Assembly: GCA_049515895.1 (NCBI GenBank)
Contig: JBEKTQ010000005.1
Coordinates: forward strand, 1 to 64,000
From: Candidatus Bathyarchaeia archaeon
GTDB taxonomy: Archaea; Thermoproteota; Bathyarchaeia; Bathyarchaeales; Bathycorpusculaceae
Direction of reading: 5' to 3'
DNA: 64,000 nt
In this document: piece after piece, positions 59,296 to 64,000 of the stretch
Position numbering within the stretch: position 1 is the first letter of the stretch
Layout of the letters: each line of letters opens with the position of its first letter
Made by a program: the position numbers and the translations under genes
Notes under the pieces: generated by a model
The model's input: only the letters and a program-made list of their open reading frames with translations
Told to the model about the DNA's origin: nothing
Databases searched by the model: none

Positions 59296-61038
59296 TCACG
59301 TTAGCGATTCCGCTTTTCTGCATATGTTTGCGATAACCGAGATAATGGACCACATTGTGAAGATGCCGAAAACCCTAGTGTACTTAGAAGCCCCGGCCTT
59401 ATGGATGTCGTTGATGTCTCCGCCAGCTTTCAAGTACCCGTTTATGAAAGCTTTGGTAAGGGATTCTGCTTTGACGTTGCCGGCATTTAATGGTTGCATG
59501 TAATGTCCCGAATAGTAAAGGAAAACAGCCACATCCCAAGCTTTGTCGCCTTTTTGAGTGACTTGAGATGCCTGCTCGAAATCTATAAGGTAAATGCTGC
59601 CATCGGATTTGACGAGCATGTTTTCCGGCTTTGTGTCCCCCAACGTAATGCCTCGAGAATGAACCTGGGCAAGGATTTCTCCAGCCTTGCTCATCATGGC
59701 TAATTCTCTCGTAACATCCCCATCTTTCTTCGCCGTAGCTATCTTCTTAACTGTTTGGTGAAGCCCTTCGCCGTCGATAAACTCCATAAAAACCAAGCGC
59801 TGCGCATTGCTTACATGAAAAATCTTCGGCACATTAAATCCCTCGCTCCTCAGCAACTCGTTCATCGCACATTCCTTGGCAAGTCTCGCCTGAGCTGAAA
59901 CAGAGAGGGACCTGACCCCCAACGACCACACTGTTAAAGGAAACCATTTGAACCCCGACAAATCCTTGTAGCGTTTCGCCACCACCCTTGTTTCAACGCC
60001 TTTCCCTTGGGCCTCAATCAAGTAAACGTCGTTCAGCATTCCACCGATGGGTTCAACTTTGATGTTTTCACTCTGACCGTTCAGGAGCATTTTCTGGGCA
60101 AACCCTTTGATGTCAATTTTGTCTGCCAGTGAAATCAAACCTTCTGAGGTTTGGAAAAAGACGTATTTTTGAGGATCTACGAACAAGTATGCTGGATCTG
60201 GGAGTCTTGGCCAGTTGATTTTTTGGGTTCTGAGGAAGATTTCAGTGTTCTGCGAGACTATGCTCATAAGTTGGGGCAAAAAACCAAAGAACGATGTGAA
60301 AAACGCACGAGGCGCATTCCTAGTCAAATTAGAAAGCCTAACTCGTGGGTTTTGGCATCGTACAATGAGCTCCTTTGAAATCTTTACGTAACCATTAAAA
60401 AAGTAGATTTTTCCTTCCGACTCAAGCACTTTTAACGCTTCATTGTAGCTGCCAAGAGATTGGGACTCATCAACCGAAAGACCAGCAATAACGTTCGAAG
60501 CATCATACGCAAGCAGGGGAAAAACCCGAATTCGACTCAAAACAACTTCATAAAGGAAATACTGAGGCTTAATCTGCATCAGACCGACAAGCTCTGGAAA
60601 GTTTAGAATCAAGTTCTCAAGCAATTCAAGAATCAAACGTTTCTTCAAAGCGATTTCTTGTTCGAGCAGGTAGTCACCGCCCATAATCGGTAAGTAGGGA
60701 AAAACAAGTTTGCTTGCAATTGCCTCTCCAAGGAAGCCTCTTTCGATGTCCCGCTCGAAAATCCACTGATCAACCGCCGAAACGAAAACAGGTCTTTCAT
60801 TTAACGTTCTAACGTAGCTCATGACTCTGGGTTGAAAATCCCGAATGATGACCATAACTTCTATTACTGCCCTGTCACCGGGAGACGCCGCCGAAAATCG
60901 GTCAACTTGAGCTACTGCAGTGATGACTGCCGACCCAGCGATACGTCTACAAAAATCTAGCAGTTGATTATTCAATTCTTTATTTGCCGTGCTGCTAATT
61001 TGTTTCAACCGAATCTTCCAATGCAGAATTAACCACAC
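59296..61038 (-). CDS. Atypical kinase (RIO/Bud32/Kdo-like) fused to a long N-terminal region
   Basis: GGMLNDVY, VAKRY, FMEFIDG, LGDTKPEN, LIDFEQ, WDVA. Confidence 0.8.
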   Translation of the reverse strand: MWLILHWKIRLKQISSTANKELNNQLLDFCRRIAGSAVITAVAQVDRFSAASPGDRAVIEVMVIIRDFQPRVMSYVRTLNERPVFVSAVDQWIFERDIERGFLGEAIASKLVFPYLPIMGGDYLLEQEIALKKRLILELLENLILNFPELVGLMQIKPQYFLYEVVLSRIRVFPLLAYDASNVIAGLSVDESQSLGSYNEALKVLESEGKIYFFNGYVKISKELIVRCQNPRVRLSNLTRNAPRAFFTSFFGFLPQLMSIVSQNTEIFLRTQKINWPRLPDPAYLFVDPQKYVFFQTSEGLISLADKIDIKGFAQKMLLNGQSENIKVEPIGGMLNDVYLIEAQGKGVETRVVAKRYKDLSGFKWFPLTVWSLGVRSLSVSAQARLAKECAMNELLRSEGFNVPKIFHVSNAQRLVFMEFIDGEGLHQTVKKIATAKKDGDVTRELAMMSKAGEILAQVHSRGITLGDTKPENMLVKSDGSIYLIDFEQASQVTQKGDKAWDVAVFLYYSGHYMQPLNAGNVKAESLTKAFINGYLKAGGDINDIHKAGASKYTRVFGIFTMWSIISVIANICRKAESLT

Positions 61039-61132
61039 AAACAGTTAAAAAACGTTTGTCGTACAGCAAGTTTAGAAATACTTCTTCAATTAGACAAGAA
61101 AGGTAAGCCTAGGCTCAACCAGAACCCGAATT

Positions 61133-61558
61133 TTATTCTTTGGCGCATCTCACAGCTAAATTGGTTCGCTCGCTGGCTTCTTCGCCTGAAATAGCCAACG
61201 CAGACGAGGTTGATTGCTGTATGCTTGGTTGAGTTGACAGTTTCCGGCAAATCAAATTCAGCGACTCCTCGGTGAAGTTAAGCATATTTTGCCCGTTGCT
61301 TGTGAGGCTATAAATTTTCCTCGGTCTCTCAAAATTCATATTCCACTCGCTTTTCACAAAACCCTTCTTCTCCAACGTGTTAAGTAACGGATAGACAGTG
61401 CTTGGACCGAAGTACACGCCGAAGCTTTTCCGGATCTTGGTTATTATCTGGTACCCATGCATCGATTGAGCGCTTAGGAATTGCAGTATGATGAGGTCCA
61501 GTAGACCTTTCATTAATTTGGTTGAAACCTCTTTTTGTATGGTTAATGTTCTTAACAT
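61133..61558 (-). CDS. PadR-family transcriptional regulator
   Basis: LDLIIL, MHGYQI, GPSTVYPLL..LE.KG, RPRKIYSLT..G. Confidence 0.9.
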   Translation of the reverse strand: MLRTLTIQKEVSTKLMKGLLDLIILQFLSAQSMHGYQIITKIRKSFGVYFGPSTVYPLLNTLEKKGFVKSEWNMNFERPRKIYSLTSNGQNMLNFTEESLNLICRKLSTQPSIQQSTSSALAISGEEASERTNLAVRCAKE

Positions 61559-61611
61559 TTTTTCTCGACCTGTTTTCTTGTTGAACAGTTCGGCTGTTCT
61601 TCGTGGATACA

Positions 61612-61633
61612 ATATGTCTTATTTCAGACATAT
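61612..61633. promoter_or_regulatory. Inverted repeat ATATGTCT-N6-AGACATAT, candidate PadR operator
   Basis: Perfect 8-bp arms between divergent PadR genes. Confidence 0.5.
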
Positions 61634-61794
61634 CTTGAGTATTTAATATTAATAAACCCTAATATAAATCTTCATACATAATACAAGCATACAAAAACAT
61701 AGCAAGGCAATACACCCCCTCAACAAAATCTACATAAAACCTATAAACTGAAACGTCAAACAATTCATATCAGCCCATCGTAAGGAACAACCCC

Positions 61795-62136
61795 ATGTCA
61801 GAAACCTACAAAGAAGAAATTGTACAACACATAATCAGAAACCAACTAGACATCCAATTGCTCCGCATAGTACAAGACCAACCAACATGGGGGTACCACA
61901 TAAAAAAACAGGTAGAAAAGCAATTCAACATAAAGCTGAGGCACAGCGCACTCTACCCCGCGCTAAAAACTCTTGAAACAAGAGGCTTCCTGGAAAGCAA
62001 AAAACAACGAAAAAGCGGACGATCCCGCAAAGTCTACGTCATAACCGAACAAGGAAAAGATTACCTTCAAACCTACCGCAACCTAATCAAAGAATTGCTG
62101 GCCGAAAAAACAGAATCAACCGAAACGAGGCAGTAA
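61795..62136 (+). CDS. PadR-family transcriptional regulator
   Basis: LDIQLL, WGYHI, LYPALKTLE.RG, RKVY.IT..G. Confidence 0.9.
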   Translation: MSETYKEEIVQHIIRNQLDIQLLRIVQDQPTWGYHIKKQVEKQFNIKLRHSALYPALKTLETRGFLESKKQRKSGRSRKVYVITEQGKDYLQTYRNLIKELLAEKTESTETRQ

Positions 62137-62223
62137 GAAGTGAACCTTATTTACCAATTAGTCTAGAGATACAATTCTTAATTCAGCGACGCTTCATCGC
62201 CAAGTCAGCCCAAAGTAGACTGC

Positions 62224-62661
62224 TTAAGTGATGCTTACGTTCTGAATGTCGAAGTACCGTTTTGCTAAAAAGCGCAGACGCTCGGCGTTTTTGCCGTTTT
62301 TGCCTATTGCGACGCCCTTGTCTTTTGGGTTAACCGTGATGACTGCCATTTTTTTGCCGTCGGTTCGTTCAGTAACGCGCACTTCTCTTACCGCTGCGGG
62401 TTTCAAGGCGTTTTTCATGAATTGAACTGGGTCCTCACTGTACTCGATGATCTCGTGTTTTTTGCCTGTCATTCGTTCGAGTGTGTGGATGTTTCTGCCG
62501 CCTTTCCCTATTGCAACGCCTACTTGGCCTTGGTTGACGATGAATATTGCCCGTTCCTGTTCTTCGTCGATTATGCAGTCCTTCACGCTTGCGCCACTTA
62601 TGCTTTCAAACAGAGCTATGTAACGCATTTCGTCGCACGTGATTTTTATGCCAGTTGTCAG
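62224..62661 (-). CDS. nusA: Archaeal NusA-like KH-domain factor
   Basis: Two AIGK.G KH motifs; frame extends to a CTG at 62661 behind GGAGG. Confidence 0.92.
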   Translation of the reverse strand: MTTGIKITCDEMRYIALFESISGASVKDCIIDEEQERAIFIVNQGQVGVAIGKGGRNIHTLERMTGKKHEIIEYSEDPVQFMKNALKPAAVREVRVTERTDGKKMAVITVNPKDKGVAIGKNGKNAERLRFLAKRYFDIQNVSIT

Positions 62662-62678
62662 TTTTTTTCCTCCATTTT

Positions 62679-64000
<1,322 letters not shown>

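Noticed and set aside
62160-62215. Second C/D sRNA on the minus strand (CTGA..GCGATGA..CTGA)
   Set aside because: No upstream box C, and the putative guide is only 7 nt.

Overview
Archaeal chromosomal window, about 40-45% GC by eye. Gene content and protein style point to a TACK lineage, most likely Bathyarchaeia (inference). Housekeeping genes: two tandem glutamine synthetases, NOP2/RsmB + NIP7, a divergent EF-2 with RQMT in place of RGIT, Nre, DNA ligase, XPB-Bax1, TrmI and the rpoA''-rpl30e-nusA operon tail. Accessory parts: a free-standing LAGLIDADG gene next to an intron-containing tRNA-Asp, a small att-bounded Kelch-gene islet, a NikR-type regulator with a Znu-like ABC importer, and a type IV pilus operon ending in a 1773-aa pilin-like adhesin. 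The strongest signals missing from the ORF track are non-coding or very small. (1) A dual-guide box C/D sRNA at 31918-31988, whose guides fit 23S rRNA helix 69 and helix 70/71 at positions 2'-O-methylated in eukaryotes. (2) A dispersed ~180-220 bp element in two copies (8321-8538, 27892-28071) with conserved flanks and different 10-bp-phased cores. (3) A NikR-architecture operator. (4) A 27-aa acidic Cys-rich micro-ORF. No database searches were run; family calls rest on motifs recognised by eye, and rRNA target sequences are recalled, not present in the window.
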